The position numbers were made by a program, and so were the translations under genes. The notes under the pieces were generated by a model, which made no database searches, was not told the DNA's origin, and saw only the letters and a program-made list of their open reading frames with translations. From positions 74,834,001 through 74,898,000 of the forward strand of contig OX597831.1 in assembly GCA_951406725.2 (NCBI GenBank): a DNA stretch of 64,000 nt. Reading direction: 5' to 3'. This document shows positions 41,443 through 55,031 of the stretch, piece by piece. Within the stretch, counting starts at the first letter, position 1; each line of letters begins with the position of its first letter. This stretch comes from Octopus vulgaris. Taxonomy: Eukaryota.

Positions 41443-41959
41443 TGTAGGTAGGTAGGTAAGTAGGTAGGTAAGTAGGTAGGTAGGTAGATAGGTAGGTAGG
41501 TAGGTAGGTAGGTAGGTAGGTAGGTAGGTATCTGCATGCACACACACACACTCACATACACACCCCAGCAGACAATTATTCCGATATGAAAGTCTATCAG
41601 GAGTAATTTATTTACCATAATCTATTAGTCTGGTTCATTGAGAATGGCTGACACCTCCAAATGGTTAATAACTTCTTCGTCATAGAAATATAAGTATGTA
41701 TGTTTATGTATATATACATATATATAAATATATAGATACATATATATACATATATTTCACATAAATCTGTACATACACACATATATATATACATGCACAT
41801 ATACACATGTATGTGTGTGTGTTTGTGTGTGTGTACAGGGAGCAATAGGTAAATTGTTGCCATTTTATATTTTACATTTCGCTCATCCACATTGTTTGTT
41901 TTTGATTTTGTTGACTGCACAGTATAGTAGGGACAGTTGGGCACTGTCTGAGACAAAAA

Positions 41960-42518
41960 AGCACCATGATGCAATTCACTCTGCCAGAAATTTGGAAACA
42001 ACATGCCTGTATGGCTTGGCATTCACACCAGAAGCTCCGATAGGAACATTTCAGAGTGTTTAGGTGTCAATCTTTGTCCCCAAAACAGGTACCGAGAGTG
42101 ATAAAAATCAAACATTCAATCAACACCATGGTGCTTGGAGTGATCGCTAATGATGGCGACGTTATGCCTCCATTCATCTTCCCACAGTGCCTGGATGAGG
42201 TAGTGTTGTCATGGGTCATGAGAGAGACTGCTGGAAAACCCTATGTCTGGGAACCCTATGTCATAACCAAAAATGAAATGAAAGCAAGGATTATGGCAGC
42301 ATTCACCAACTTAAAAAAGGAACCTATCCAGAAGGGTTGCAGGAGATTGCGAAGTGATTTGGAGGCCGTAGTTGAAGCGAATGGCGATTTTATTGAATAA
42401 ATTTACTCTTTAGTATTTCAAGACGTTTTTATGCAATTTTGGTAAATATATCTGTGAAAATTAGATGTCAGTGTTATTTTCATTTTTACATAATTTAGAT
42501 AACAGTTCATTCACTGCA

Positions 42519-42522
<4 letters not shown>
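41960..42522 (+). mobile_element. Internally deleted Tc1/mariner-type transposon
   Basis: IKHSINTMVLGVIANDGDVMPPFIFP...CRRLRSDLEAVVEANGDFIE resembles a Tc1/maT transposase DDE region and C-terminus. The terminal part is repeated at 19793-19912. Confidence 0.75.
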
Positions 42523-42574
<52 letters not shown>

Positions 42575-42742
42575 ATAAATCTTAGGTATTAATTAATGAT
42601 TTTTTGGCTAATTTTGAAATAAAATCAGCAGTTTATATTTACTGCTGAGAAAACCGCGCGAGTGTGGTGGATTTTGAAAAGTTATAGCATATAGACTCGA
42701 GGCATAGCTATTATCGCCTCGTGACTATATGGTAGTCCTTGG

Positions 42743-42827
42743 CTTTCTGCTGAAGAGTGCAACGCTAATCGTAAATAAATTTATTTTATTTACAAAAGAT
42801 TGCTGAAACTATGCATAGTCCAGAAAG
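42743..42827 (+). ncRNA. Type I hammerhead ribozyme motif within the (TA)n-flanked element 42572-42948
   Basis: CTTTCTG CTGAAGA GTGC...extended hairpin...GCT GAAA CTATGCATAG TC CAGAAAG. 7-bp stem I, palindromic stem III and GUC triplet. Confidence 0.7.
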
Positions 42828-42945
42828 GATAGGGTAAACGTTTTTATTTCTCTTTCCATTTCAGAATTACAACTATTAGTGGTTTGGAGTTTAACTGCTC
42901 TTTCTAGTGAGTCGGATGTCCTATTATGGCCATCCCTTATATGTT

Positions 42946-42989
<44 letters not shown>

Positions 42990-43281
42990 GAGCGAGGACG
43001 TTGCCAGTGCCACTGGACTCGCTCCTGTGCAGGTGGCACGTAAAAAACAGCATTTAAGTGTGGCCATGCCAGTACCGCCTGACTAGCTCTCATGCCAGTG
43101 GCACATAAAAGCACCCACTACACTCTCGGAGTGGTTGGCATTAGAAAGGGTATCCTGCTGTAGAAACTCTGCCAGATCAGATAGGAGTCTGGTGCAGCCA
43201 TCTGGTTCGCCAGTCCTCAGTCAAATCATCCAACCCATGCCAGCATGGAAAGTGGACGTTAAATGATGATGATGATGATGA

Positions 43282-43495
43282 TATATATGTATATATATAT
43301 AGGACGCCATGATAGATCGTTAGCTCCTACACGCATTTTTTTCTCTCCTTGTTTTTTTCTGTGCATCTTTCTGTCAAAGAGCATGGGCTCGAAACGTAAA
43401 AGACTTTTTCTATTCCTGAGCGCTTTACTAATACATTTGTTTGTTTGTACTCCACCTGCCTTCGTCTTTTGTTTATTTTCGTAAACTTTCCTTTT
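43282..43495 (+). mobile_element. Hammerhead element, family A (degenerate core)
   Basis: CTTT CTGTCAA A GAGC ATGG GCTC GAAA CG TA AAAG at 43367-43402. Confidence 0.7.
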
Positions 43496-43558
43496 TATAT
43501 ATATATATATATATAGTACATGTATATATATATATTTATACACACACACATATATATA

Positions 43559-43602
<44 letters not shown>

Positions 43603-43892
43603 TTGGAAAAGAATGCGTAGCGTTCGATCATATAATAATATAAATAATATATGAATATATGCATATACACATACATTTGAGCATGCCCATTGCCAGTACC
43701 ACCTGACTGGCCCTTGTGCTGGTGGCATGTAAAAGCACCCACTACACTCTCGGAGTGGTTGGCATTAGGAAGGTTATCCAGCTCTGCCAGATCAAGATAG
43801 GAGTCTGGTGCAGCCATACGGTTCGCCAGTCTTCAGTCAAATCGTCCAACCCATGCTATCATGGAAAGTGGACGTTAAACGATGATGATGAT

Positions 43893-43984
<92 letters not shown>

Positions 43985-44062
43985 GATAGATTGATTGATA
44001 GATAGATAGATAGATAGATAGATGGATGGATGGATGGATGGATGGATAGATAGATAGATAGT

Positions 44063-44101
<39 letters not shown>

Positions 44102-44102
44102 T

Positions 44103-44188
<86 letters not shown>

Positions 44189-44200
44189 GATAGATTGATT

Positions 44201-44231
<31 letters not shown>

Positions 44232-44252
44232 GGATGGATGGATGGATGGATG

Positions 44253-44349
<97 letters not shown>

Positions 44350-44351
44350 TT

Positions 44352-44384
<33 letters not shown>

Positions 44385-44385
44385 T

Positions 44386-44445
<60 letters not shown>
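43893..44445. repeat. (GATA)n/(GGAT)n microsatellite of about 550 bp
   Basis: Direct reading. Confidence 0.95.
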
Positions 44446-44447
<2 letters not shown>

Positions 44448-44651
44448 TGGGTGGTCCAAGGGGTTACCCTGATTTTCATGTCCATAAAGCGCTTAGCTTT
44501 ACATTTCTTCAGACCCTAGCCCTATGGCCTCTCTAGCAAGTGGCCCCTCACAAGAGAGGCAACGGGCCAAGGGTCTGAAGAAACGCTGTAAAGTTAAGTG
44601 TTTTCTGGATCTTAAACCCAGGGCAATCCCATAGACCAGCCATATCTATCT
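44439..44651. repeat. Rod-like imperfect palindrome of about 210 bp
   Basis: Paired segments AGATATGG/CCATATCT, TGGTC/GACCA, CCCTG/CAGGG, CTTTACA/TGTAAAG, TTTCTTCAGACCCT/AGGGTCTGAAGAAA and GCCTCTCT/AGAGAGGC. Confidence 0.8.
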
Positions 44652-44923
44652 TTATCTATATACTCCACTGCTCTGTAACTTAGAGTGTGTTTCTTTTTCA
44701 GATTTATGATTTACTGACGATATAAATATGTGTATATACATATACATATATGTATGTATCACACATATATATATGCATGTGTTTGTGTGTATGTAAATAT
44801 GTATGCATGTATGTATATATGTATGCATGCATGTATGTATGTATGTATGTATGTATGTATGTGTGTATCTGTTTGTATATATAAATATACATACATACAT
44901 ACATACATATATATGTGTATGAG

Positions 44924-44987
<64 letters not shown>

Positions 44988-45429
44988 TGTATGTATCTAT
45001 GTATGTATGTATGTGTGTATGTATGTATGTATGTATGTATGTATGTATGTATGTATGTATGTATGTATCTATGTATGTATGTATGTGTGTATGTATACAC
45101 TAACAATTCCGTCTAGACTAAAATTAATTTCTCCAATTTCTACCGTATCTCTTTTATTAGTTCTGATATCTGATAACCGAACATTATACTTCTCACCATT
45201 TTGATGATTCCTAGAAGTACACAACTTTCTTTATATCTGCAAATTATTAACTCGGAAAAATTTCTTACTCCAGGAAATTTCAGGTTTCTGGAAATAAATC
45301 TGGCCATTCTAGTCAGGAAATTGTTTTTAGTTTGGAAAAAAAATCTTTTATCATTATTCAAACAATTATTGGTGTGTTTAAATTTGTTGTTCGATTTGAG
45401 TTTGCAATATTTTTTATGGGAACTCATGT

Positions 45430-45632
45430 GATAAGCTGGCAGAATCATTAGCAGGCTGGACAAACAGCTGTGTTTAGTTTCTGAGTTCAAATTCTGCTGT
45501 GGTCATCTATGCTTTGCATCTCTCGAGGTCAATAAGATAAGTATCAGTTGAGTACTGAGTTCAATGTAATTGACTCACCCCCACCCCCACTCCCACGAAA
45601 TTGCTGGCCTTGTGTTAAAATTTGAAACCAAT
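45430..45632 (+). mobile_element. Diverged tRNA-derived SINE (same family as 55812-56030)
   Basis: CTGGCAGAATCATTAGC...GAGTTCAAATTC...TTTGCATCTCTCGAGGTCAATAA. Confidence 0.6.
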
Positions 45633-45660
45633 ATTCTTGATGTGAACTAAGAATCTGAAA

Positions 45661-46066
45661 CAGATTTTGTTGTATCTTGGGAGGATCATTATGTCAATAA
45701 TAAACACATACACTGGTTCTATTTCACTTCTTTAAATTTTATTTGTCATTTGGTTAAATATGTAATCAATGAATTAATTGACTGTTTGATTAATCATTCA
45801 ATGAATCAATGAACTAGGTTTGTCAAACTCCTTTTATTGCCATTTGCAACCTAATGAATGACATGCCCTTGGGGCATGTGAATGGGGACGGAAAATCTTT
45901 GACAAACTTAGTTGATTGAATGATTCACTAAACAATTAATGAAACCAGTTGATTAGTTTATTAGTGAAATTGTTAATCAACTGACAAATAAAAATGAAGA
46001 AGTGAATTAGAACAAGCATGTGTTTATTATTGACATAATGTTTTCCCTGAGATCCAACAGAAGCTG
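45661..46066. mobile_element. Palindromic MITE-like element
   Basis: CATTATGTCAATAATAAACACAT pairs with ATGTGTTTATTATTGACATAATG, centre CATGCCCTTGGGGCATG. A related half copy lies near 14373-14510. Confidence 0.75.
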
Positions 46067-46449
46067 CGTACATATTTATTCTGTATTTTTAATTTTAAGG
46101 ATGTTTACTATTAAATTAATATAAGGCTTCTAATGTTATGTGACATAACTGCATTTCATACAAGACTACTTTGATAGAAAGCCATTAATGTAATGCAACA
46201 GTGTTGTATTCAGTAAAGTTACATTAATATAAAGCTGTAAGCGTGACATGCTACAAGCATTGGTGACATAGGCCAAACTCTGAAGACTCATGTTTTTTTC
46301 TTGGGAAAAATGCAGCAGAATTTCATGTTGCCTTCTGCTGGTTTATTTACAATTTTCTCTGCTAGTCTTCTGCTCTTCTGAGCTTACAATTAAAGCTAAG
46401 AGCGTATCTAACCAATAGACAGGTAGGGGTACTGATTCATGTGACATCA

Positions 46450-46831
46450 GGACATTCCACACAGTGGGGTACATAAGTGTCACGTGGAATGGGGGCCAGT
46501 CCTCACTCCCATTCCAGAGTCCATGATACCTTAGCAGCTATGCCTTTGGACTCTCTTAGAACTATTTTCTGCTATTTTGACCAATAACTGGGATCCTGAC
46601 ATGAGCTACCACCCTGGGCCATAGCTCCAACTCCATACTCCTCGTAAGAACTGAATTCCTGAACTAGCACTCGACTTCTGGATGTAGTCGAATGTCTTGA
46701 CATGGACAAACGTTGTCAGCATCCTCATCATCAGTACCCTCCTCCTCCTCCTCATCATCATCATCATCATTTTAATGCCAACTTTTCCATGCATGCATGA
46801 GGCAGAGAGAGCCTATTGAGGTTGATTTTGT

Positions 46832-46862
<31 letters not shown>

Positions 46863-46870
46863 GGTGGTGG

Positions 46871-46902
<32 letters not shown>

Positions 46903-47080
46903 CTGGTGCTGGTGCTGGTGATGATGATGGTGGTGGTGGTGGTGGTGGTGGTGGTGGTGGTGGTGATGATGGTGGTGGTGGTGGTGGTGGTGGTGGTGGT
47001 GGTGGAGGTGATGGTGTTGGTGGTGGTGGTGGTGGTGATGATGATGATGATGGTGATGGTGGTGGTGGTGGTGGTGGTGG

Positions 47081-47111
<31 letters not shown>

Positions 47112-49046
47112 GGTGATGATGCAGTTGTGGATGGTGGCGATGATAATGATGGTGGTGATGGTAGTGGTGGTGGTGGCGGCGGTGGTGGTAGCAGCGGTGG
47201 TGGTGGTGGTGGTGGTGGTGGTGGTGGTGGTGGTGTGGTGGTGGTGGTGGTGGTGGTGGTGGTGGTGGTGGTGGTGATAATGATGATGGTGGTGGTGGTG
47301 ATAATTCTGTTGTGGATGGTGGTGATGATGATGATGATGGTTTTCCCATGATAAGTAAAAATTCTGTTTAAAGTAATTGATCTGATATCATTTCCTATCA
47401 CCAAATAAAGTACGTATAATTAGATTTTTTCTGTCTCTCTTCATTAATTATATTAACCTTATATTTAATTACTGAAAACTCCATAATTCTCGGAAAATAT
47501 CTCAGAACCAATCTGAAATTGTCCTCAAGTGCATGAAGGCCTCCAAATCACCATAAAATATTACATAAATGCTCAGAAACATTATGTAACACTTTCTTAG
47601 ATGAACCAGTGATGGAAGTACATCTATAGGGTTACTTAACCTGTGAGAAATAGCAGCCAAATCTTCCTCAAACCACACTGACTTTAAGAGAGAAAGTACA
47701 CATTAGGCGTTGAAAGATGAAACTGAGACAAGGGTCAATGAGGGAATCATGAAACATCAGTGTTGTCACTTGATCTTCCAGAAATAACAGCTAAATCTTC
47801 CTCAAACCCCACAGTGTGGTCTGTAACAGAGAATGTACACATTTACTTCCAAGCCAAGAGCCAATGTAGAAAACGTCTAAAGGATCACTTAACCTGCTAG
47901 AAATAGCAGCCAAATCTCCCTCAAAACACACTGTATGGTCTGTAACACAGAATTTACAACATTGGGCTTGCAAAGATTAAACCAAGACAAGAACATCATC
48001 ACCATCACCATCACCATCATCATCATCATCATCATCGTCGTCGTCGTTATCATCATCATTAAGCATTATCATCATCATCATCATTATCGTCATCGTAATC
48101 ATCATTTTTATGTCCATTTTCCATGCTGGCATGGGTTGAACAGTTTGGCAAGAGTTGGCCAGCCGGAGAGCTGCACCAGGCTCCAGTGTCCTTTTTGGTG
48201 TGGTTTCTATGACTGGATGCCCTTCCTAACACCAACCACTTCACAGAGTGCACTGGGTGCTTCCTACATGGCACCAGCACAGGGACGAGGGAAGCATCTT
48301 TGCCAATTATAAGTAAACTGAGCCCATGGGAATTTCTGAACAGTATGACTAACAAAAAAATTACATTAAAGTTTTTTAGTGTGGCCCACATGATTAGGAA
48401 CCATGCCACATGTGGCCTACTTCATAGGTTGCCCATGCTTGATTCAATGTGCTAGAAATGGCAACCATATCTCCCTCAAACTGCTCTGTATGGTCTACAA
48501 CAGTGAATGTACACACTATACAATGTGATCCTATACAACGTACAAAAGAAAAATAAATAAAAGAACAAAAAAGAGGGATGGTCACAGACAGAGTGTCTCT
48601 GATCGTAGGTTTGCTACCTCAGAGAGAGCATAACTATGTGGAGTGGGGTGGGGGAGGTTTACACAACCATAACAACAATGAGAACAATAACAACAACAAG
48701 AAACATAGCAAAGTGCTGGAAAAGTGTTTAGAAAATGTCTGGAGTTGCTCAAAACCAGTCATTATTGCCTGACTGTGTCTGACCTGGTAGATGTAATATA
48801 TAACAGCTAAATGACGGGCCTCGGGCTGTTCGTCTATGTATTGTGTACATTTATTCACTCATGGGTATGTGTGCGTGCGTGTGTGTGTGTGTGTGTGTGT
48901 GTGTATGTATGAATGAATGTACAGGCAAACAATTATACATACATATGCGCGTACATTTATATATGTGAGTGTGTATATAAATTGTATGTATATACATACA
49001 TACATGCAGATATCTATCTATCTATCTCTCTCTCTCTCTCTCTCTC

Positions 49047-49136
<90 letters not shown>

Positions 49137-49487
49137 GTATATGGACATTCCACACAGTGGGGTACATAAGTGTCACGTGGAATGGGGGCCAGTCCTCACT
49201 CCCATTCCAGAGTCCATGATATAGCAGCTATGCCTTTGGACTCTCTTAGAACTATTTTCTGCTATTTTATATATATCCTACATGAGCTACCACCCTGGGC
49301 CATAGCTCCAACTCCATAATAGATAGAATAGCATCGACATAGTCGGAATGTCTTGACATGGACAAACGTTGTCAGCATCCTCATCATCAGTACCCTCCTC
49401 CTCCTCCTCATCATCATCATCATCATTTTAATGCCAACTTTTCCATGCATGCATGAGGCAGAGAGAGCCTATTGAGGTTGATTTTGT

Positions 49488-49518
<31 letters not shown>

Positions 49519-49529
49519 GGTGGTGGTGA

Positions 49530-49563
<34 letters not shown>

Positions 49564-49724
49564 GCTGGTGCTGGTGATGATGATGGTGGTGGTGGTGGTG
49601 GTGGTGGTGGTAGTGATGATGATGGTGGTGGTGGTGGTGGTGGTGGTGGTGGAGGTGATGGTGTTGGTGGTGGTGGTGGTGGTGATGATGATGGTGATGG
49701 TGGTGGTGGTGGTGGTGGTGGTGG

Positions 49725-49755
<31 letters not shown>

Positions 49756-51663
49756 GGTGGTGGTGATGATGCAGTTGTGGATGGTGGCGATGATAATGAT
49801 GGTGGTGATGGTAGTGGTGGTGGTGGCGGCGGTGGTGGTAGCAGCGGTGGTGGTGGTGGTGGTGGTGGTGGTGGTGGTGGTAGTGGTGGTGGTGGTGGTG
49901 GTGGTGGTGGTGGTGGTGGTGATAATGATGATGGTGGTGGTGGTGATAATTCTGTTGTGGATGGTGGTGATGATGATGATGATGGTTTTCATGATAAGTA
50001 AAAATTCTGTTTAAAGTAATTGATCTGATATCATTTCCTCTCACCAAATAAAGTACGTATAATTAGATTTTTTCTGTCTCTCTTCATTAATTATATTAAC
50101 CTTATATTTAATTACTGAAAACTCCATAATTCTCGGAAAATATCTCAGAACCAATCTGAAATTGTCCTCAAGTGCATGAAGGCCTCCAAATCACCATAAA
50201 ATATTACATAAATGCTCAGAAACATTATGTAACACTTGCTTAGATGAACCAGTGATGGAAGTACATCTATAGGGTTACTTAACCTGTGAGAAATAGCAGC
50301 CAAATCTTCCTCAAACCACACTGACTTTAAGAGAGAAAGTACACATTAGGCGTTGAAAGATGAAACTGAGACAAGGGTCAATGAGGGAATCATGAAACAT
50401 CAGTGTTGTCACTTGATCTTCCAGAAATAACAGCTAAATCTTCCTCAAACCCCACAGTGTGGTCTGTAACAGAGAATGTACACATTTACTTCCAAGCCAA
50501 GAGCCAATGTAGAAAACGTCTAAAGGATCACTTAATCTGCTAGAAATAGCAGCCAAATCTCCCTCAAAACACACTGTATGGTTTGTAACAGAATTTACAA
50601 CATTGGGCTTGCAAAGATTAAACCAAGACAAGAACATCATCACCATCACCATCACCATCATCATCATCATCATCGTCGTCGTCGTCGTCGTTATCATCAT
50701 CATTAAGCATTATCATCATCATCATCATTATCGTCATCGTAATCATCATTTTATGTCCATTTTCCATGCTGGCATGGGTTGAACAGTTTGACAAGAGTTG
50801 GCCAGCCGGAGAGCTGCACCAGGCTCCAGTGTCCTTTTTGGCATGGTTTCTATGACTGGATGCCCTTCCTAACACCAACCACTTTACAGAGTGCACTGGG
50901 TGCTTCCTACATGGCACCAGCACAGGGACGAGGGAAGCATCTTTGCCGATTATAAGCAAACTGAGCCCATGGGATTTTCTGAACAGTATGACTAACAAAA
51001 AAATTGCATTAAAGTTTTTTAGTGTGGCCCACATGATTAGGAACCATGCCACATGTGGCCAACTTCATAGGTTGCCCATGCTTGATTCAATGTGCTAGAA
51101 ATGGCAACCATATCTCCCTCAAACTGCTCTGTATGGTCTACAACAGTGAATGTACACACTATACAATGTGATCCTAAATAACATACAAAAAATAAATAAA
51201 TAAAAGAACAAAAAAGAGGGATGGTCACAGACAGAGTGTCTCTGATCATAGGTTTGCTACCTCAGAGAGAGCATAACTATGTGGAGTGGGGTGGGGGGAG
51301 GTTTACACAACCATAACAACAATGAGAACAATAACAACAACAACAAGAAACATAGCAAAGTGCTGGAAAAGTGTTTAGAAAATGTCTGGAGTTGCTCAAA
51401 ACCAGTCATTATTGCCTGACTGTGTCTGACCTGGTAGATGTAATATATAACAGCTAAATGACGGGCCTCGGGCTGTTCGTCTATGTATTGTGTACATTTA
51501 TTCACTCATGGGTATGTGTGCGTGCGTGTGTGTGTGTGTGTGTGTGTGTGTATGTATGAATGAATGTACAGGCAAACAATTATACATACATATGCGCGTA
51601 CATTTATATATGTGAGTGTGTATATAAATTGTATGTATATACATACATACATGCAGATATCTA

Positions 51664-51740
<77 letters not shown>

Positions 51741-51780
51741 GTATGTATATATATATATGTATATGTATATGTATATGTAT
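46450..51780. repeat. Tandem duplication, unit about 2.69 kb, two copies
   Basis: GGACATTCCACACAGTGGGG starts at 46450 and at 49143. The copies are collinear and nearly identical. Confidence 0.92.
46830..47342. repeat. Compound (GGT)n/(GAT)n trinucleotide repeat (second copy 49486-49986)
   Basis: Direct reading. It generates Gly/Asp, His, Pro and Thr homopolymer ORFs in several frames. Confidence 0.9.
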
Positions 51781-52044
51781 ATATATACATATATATATAT
51801 AAATAGATAGATAGATACATATATACATATATATACATATACATATATATATATATACATGTATATATACATGTATATGTATATATATATATATATGTAT
51901 GTATGTATTATGTATGTGTGTGTATATATATATATATATATACATGTAATATGTACATATGTCTGCACATATATGTGTACATACGTGTATATGTATATGT
52001 ATGTATAATATATACATCTATATAGATATGTACAATATACATAC

Positions 52045-52082
<38 letters not shown>

Positions 52083-52128
52083 GTAAGCATATGTACTATT
52101 TATACATTATACATACAACACACAGATA

Positions 52129-52200
<72 letters not shown>

Positions 52201-52482
52201 TCTATGTTTGTATATATATGCATATATACACATACATAGATACACATTCACATGTGTTTGTGCATGTGTATGTGTGTATTTTTCTATGCATGTGTGTGTG
52301 TGTGCGTGTGCGTGTGTGTGTGTGTGTGCGTGTGTGTGTGTGTGTGTTTACATATGTAATATCCACTGATAAAAGGATTAACAATAATGAATGGTGAAAA
52401 GTAATGCTTATCAAAAAAGAAAACCATTTTCTTTTTCTTTCATTTAAATTATGTTTTATATCACCATTATTATTATTATTAC

Positions 52483-52548
<66 letters not shown>

Positions 52549-52605
52549 TGTGTTTGTTATTGTTGTTGTTTGTCGTTGTATGTTTCGGTTTTGAAGAAGA
52601 CTTAC

Positions 52606-52733
52606 AGCAAATATAATTCATTTGATAAACCAACGAGATTTGGTGTCGTTCTAGAACTGACATCAAGTTATTCATTGCGGAATGGACGCAACCGGTTATG
52701 ATTATGCGTATCATGAGTGTGAACATAATCACA
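52606..52733 (-). CDS. Candidate internal exon
   Basis: TTTAATAG acceptor, GCT|GTAAGT donor and one open frame (VIMFTLMIRIIITGCVHSAMNNLMSVLERHQISLVYQMNYIC) in unique sequence. Confidence 0.25.
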
Positions 52734-52944
52734 CTATTAAAGCATGATTATTTACACACGCATATGCATACACATACACACACTCACACATGCAAGCATT
52801 TATACACAACTCACACAGACACACACCCATGTGTGTGTCTACATACAAGCGTGCACGCATCATGTGAGATATCTGACAAGAAACTCCTCTCTTTAGCATA
52901 ACAATATATGTTCAATGCTCAGAAATACCACACAATACACACAC

Positions 52945-53665
52945 CCCTTATAAATACTAGGCCCTTCATTCTTCCTAAACAGGAGACCTTTTACCCTTTA
53001 TAACAACAAGTCCCTTCAATGCTTTATAAATTTAAGCCCTTCAAACTTTATGAATTTTAGGCCCTAAACACTTCATAAATGCTTGGCCTTTCACCTTTTA
53101 TGAGTGCAAGGCCCTTCAATTCTTTATAAATTTAAGCCCTTCAAACTTTATAAATTTTAGGCCCTAAGCACCTTATAAATGCTTGGCCCTTCACTTTTTA
53201 TGAGTGCAAGGCCCTTCCACACTTCATAATTCTATGTCCTACAACCTTTATAAAGGCTAAGCCCTTCATCATTCATAAATACTAAGCCCTTTGTGCTTTC
53301 TAAATACAAGGATCTTCACCCTTTATGCTTCATAAATGCTAGGCCTTTTACTCTTCATAAGTGCAAAACCCTTCAACCCTTCAATACTTTATAAATTTAG
53401 ACCTTTCAAACTTTATAAATTCTAGGCCCTTTGCACTTGATAAATGTTAGGCCCCTTCACCCTTTATAAGTGCAAGGCCTTTCAATAATTTATAAATCCT
53501 CCGATGCCCTACACCCTTTATAAATGCTAAGCCTTTCATCATTCATAAACACTAAGCCCTTGATGCTTAACAAACGATAGGCCCTTAACACTTTATAAAT
53601 GCTGGTCTGTTAACCCTAATCCTAACCTTAATCTTAACCCTTCACACTTCATGAGTGCTTGGACC
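52945..53665. repeat. Diverged minisatellite, unit about 22-24 bp
   Basis: About 30 units resembling GCCCTTCA(C/A)ACTTTATAAATGCTAG, ending in TAACCC-like hexamers at 53610-53642. Confidence 0.85.
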
Positions 53666-54374
53666 CTCATCTTTCATATATGTTGTGGTTGTTTCATCCC
53701 TGGTCATCCCTGATCAGACTGACCTGTGGTCAAAGCATTCCACATATGACTATGACAATCCTTCTTTTCATAGGGGATGGTCATCACCTATGAATCATGG
53801 TTCTTCTCCTGTCTCCCTTTCTTCCTTCTTTCCTTCCTCCTCCCTCTCATCCTTCCCCCCTCCCTCCTCACCTTTTTCTCGTCTTCACTTCCTATCAATC
53901 TCCAACACCCTCTGAAGAAAGGTCAATAACACTGAATAACATAATGCAACCACAATTAACATAACAACAGCCACAAGGATACACTAACGAACAATTAATC
54001 AATCAAACAATTATAATTTTTTAACTCGATAACGATCTAAATTAATTTTTCATGAACTAAATAAATGCGACAATGGTCAAGAGATATTCGGATAAAAATA
54101 CTGTTTATTTTTACTAGATATACAGGCATGGCTGTGTGGTAAGAAGCTTGCTTCTCTACCACATGGTTCTGGGTTCAGTCCTACTGCATGGCACCTTGGG
54201 CAAGTGCCTTCTACTATTGCCTCAGGCAAACCAAAGCCTTGAGAGTGGATTTGGCAGATGGAAACTGAAAGAAGCCTGTTGTGTATATATACATATATGG
54301 CGATTTTTTTTTCCTCTGTCTTCCCTTCTCTGGATCTTTCCTTCTCCTACGTTTCCGACGAAGAGCTCCGCTCT

Positions 54375-55025
54375 TTTATTAATAAGTCATTCAAAGGAGC
54401 TCTTAGTTTGTACTTGTTTTAGAATGTAGTTTTGGTAGTAGTTAGTCAACCCAAAAAACGCTTGTAATGTTTGGAATGTAGTTTTGGTAGTAGTTAGTCA
54501 GCCCAAGAAATGCTTGTAATGTTTGGAATGTAGTTTTGGTAGTAGTTAGTCAGCCCAAGAAATGCTTGTAATGTTTGGAATGTAGTTTTGGTAGTAGTTA
54601 GTCAGCCCAAGAAACACTTGTAATGTTTGGAATGTAGTTTTGGTAGTAGTTAGTCAGCCCAAGAAACACTTGTAATGTTTGGAATGTAGTTTTGGTAGTA
54701 GTTAGTCAGCCCAAGAAACACTTGTAATGTTTGGAATGTAGTTTTGGTAGTAGTTAGTCAGCCCAAGAAACGCTTGTAATGTTTGGAATGTAGTTTTGGT
54801 AGTAGTTAGTCAGCCCAAGAAACGCTTGTAATGTTCGTACATTTGCCACAGCAGGCATATTCTTTATTGCGTTTGCCCTCAATGTGTCAGGCCGTCTACC
54901 ATTTTTATAATGTTTTTTACCTAATTTGAAGCAAAAAGAATTCGCATTTTTCTTCACTCAAGGCGAACCCATACTCTTTAATTTTCTTCAACACAGCTTT
55001 TATATGATCCACATGCTGTTCATAT
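54375..55025 (-). pseudogene. Ty3/Gypsy pol relic (RT C-terminus/connection)
   Basis: HIKAVLKKIKEYGFALSEEKCEFF...GRRPD...AIKNMPAVANVRTLQAFLGLTNYYQNYIPN, continuing beyond the repeat array as KLRAPLNDLL. Confidence 0.85.
54420..54834. repeat. 52-bp tandem repeat, about 8 units, derived from Gypsy pol
   Basis: CTTGTAATGTT recurs at 54461, 54513, 54565, 54617, 54669, 54721, 54773 and 54825. Confidence 0.92.
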
Positions 55026-55031
55026 ATATTA

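Noticed and set aside
46772-50047. Gly/Asp-, His-, Pro- or Thr-rich protein genes
   Set aside because: All frames are open only because the tract is (GGT)n/(GAT)n. The two duplicate copies differ by a frameshift, and no signal peptide or splice structure is evident.
54420-54834. CRISPR-like array
   Set aside because: Contiguous 52-bp units with no unique spacers, derived from Gypsy pol. No cas genes, and the context is eukaryotic.
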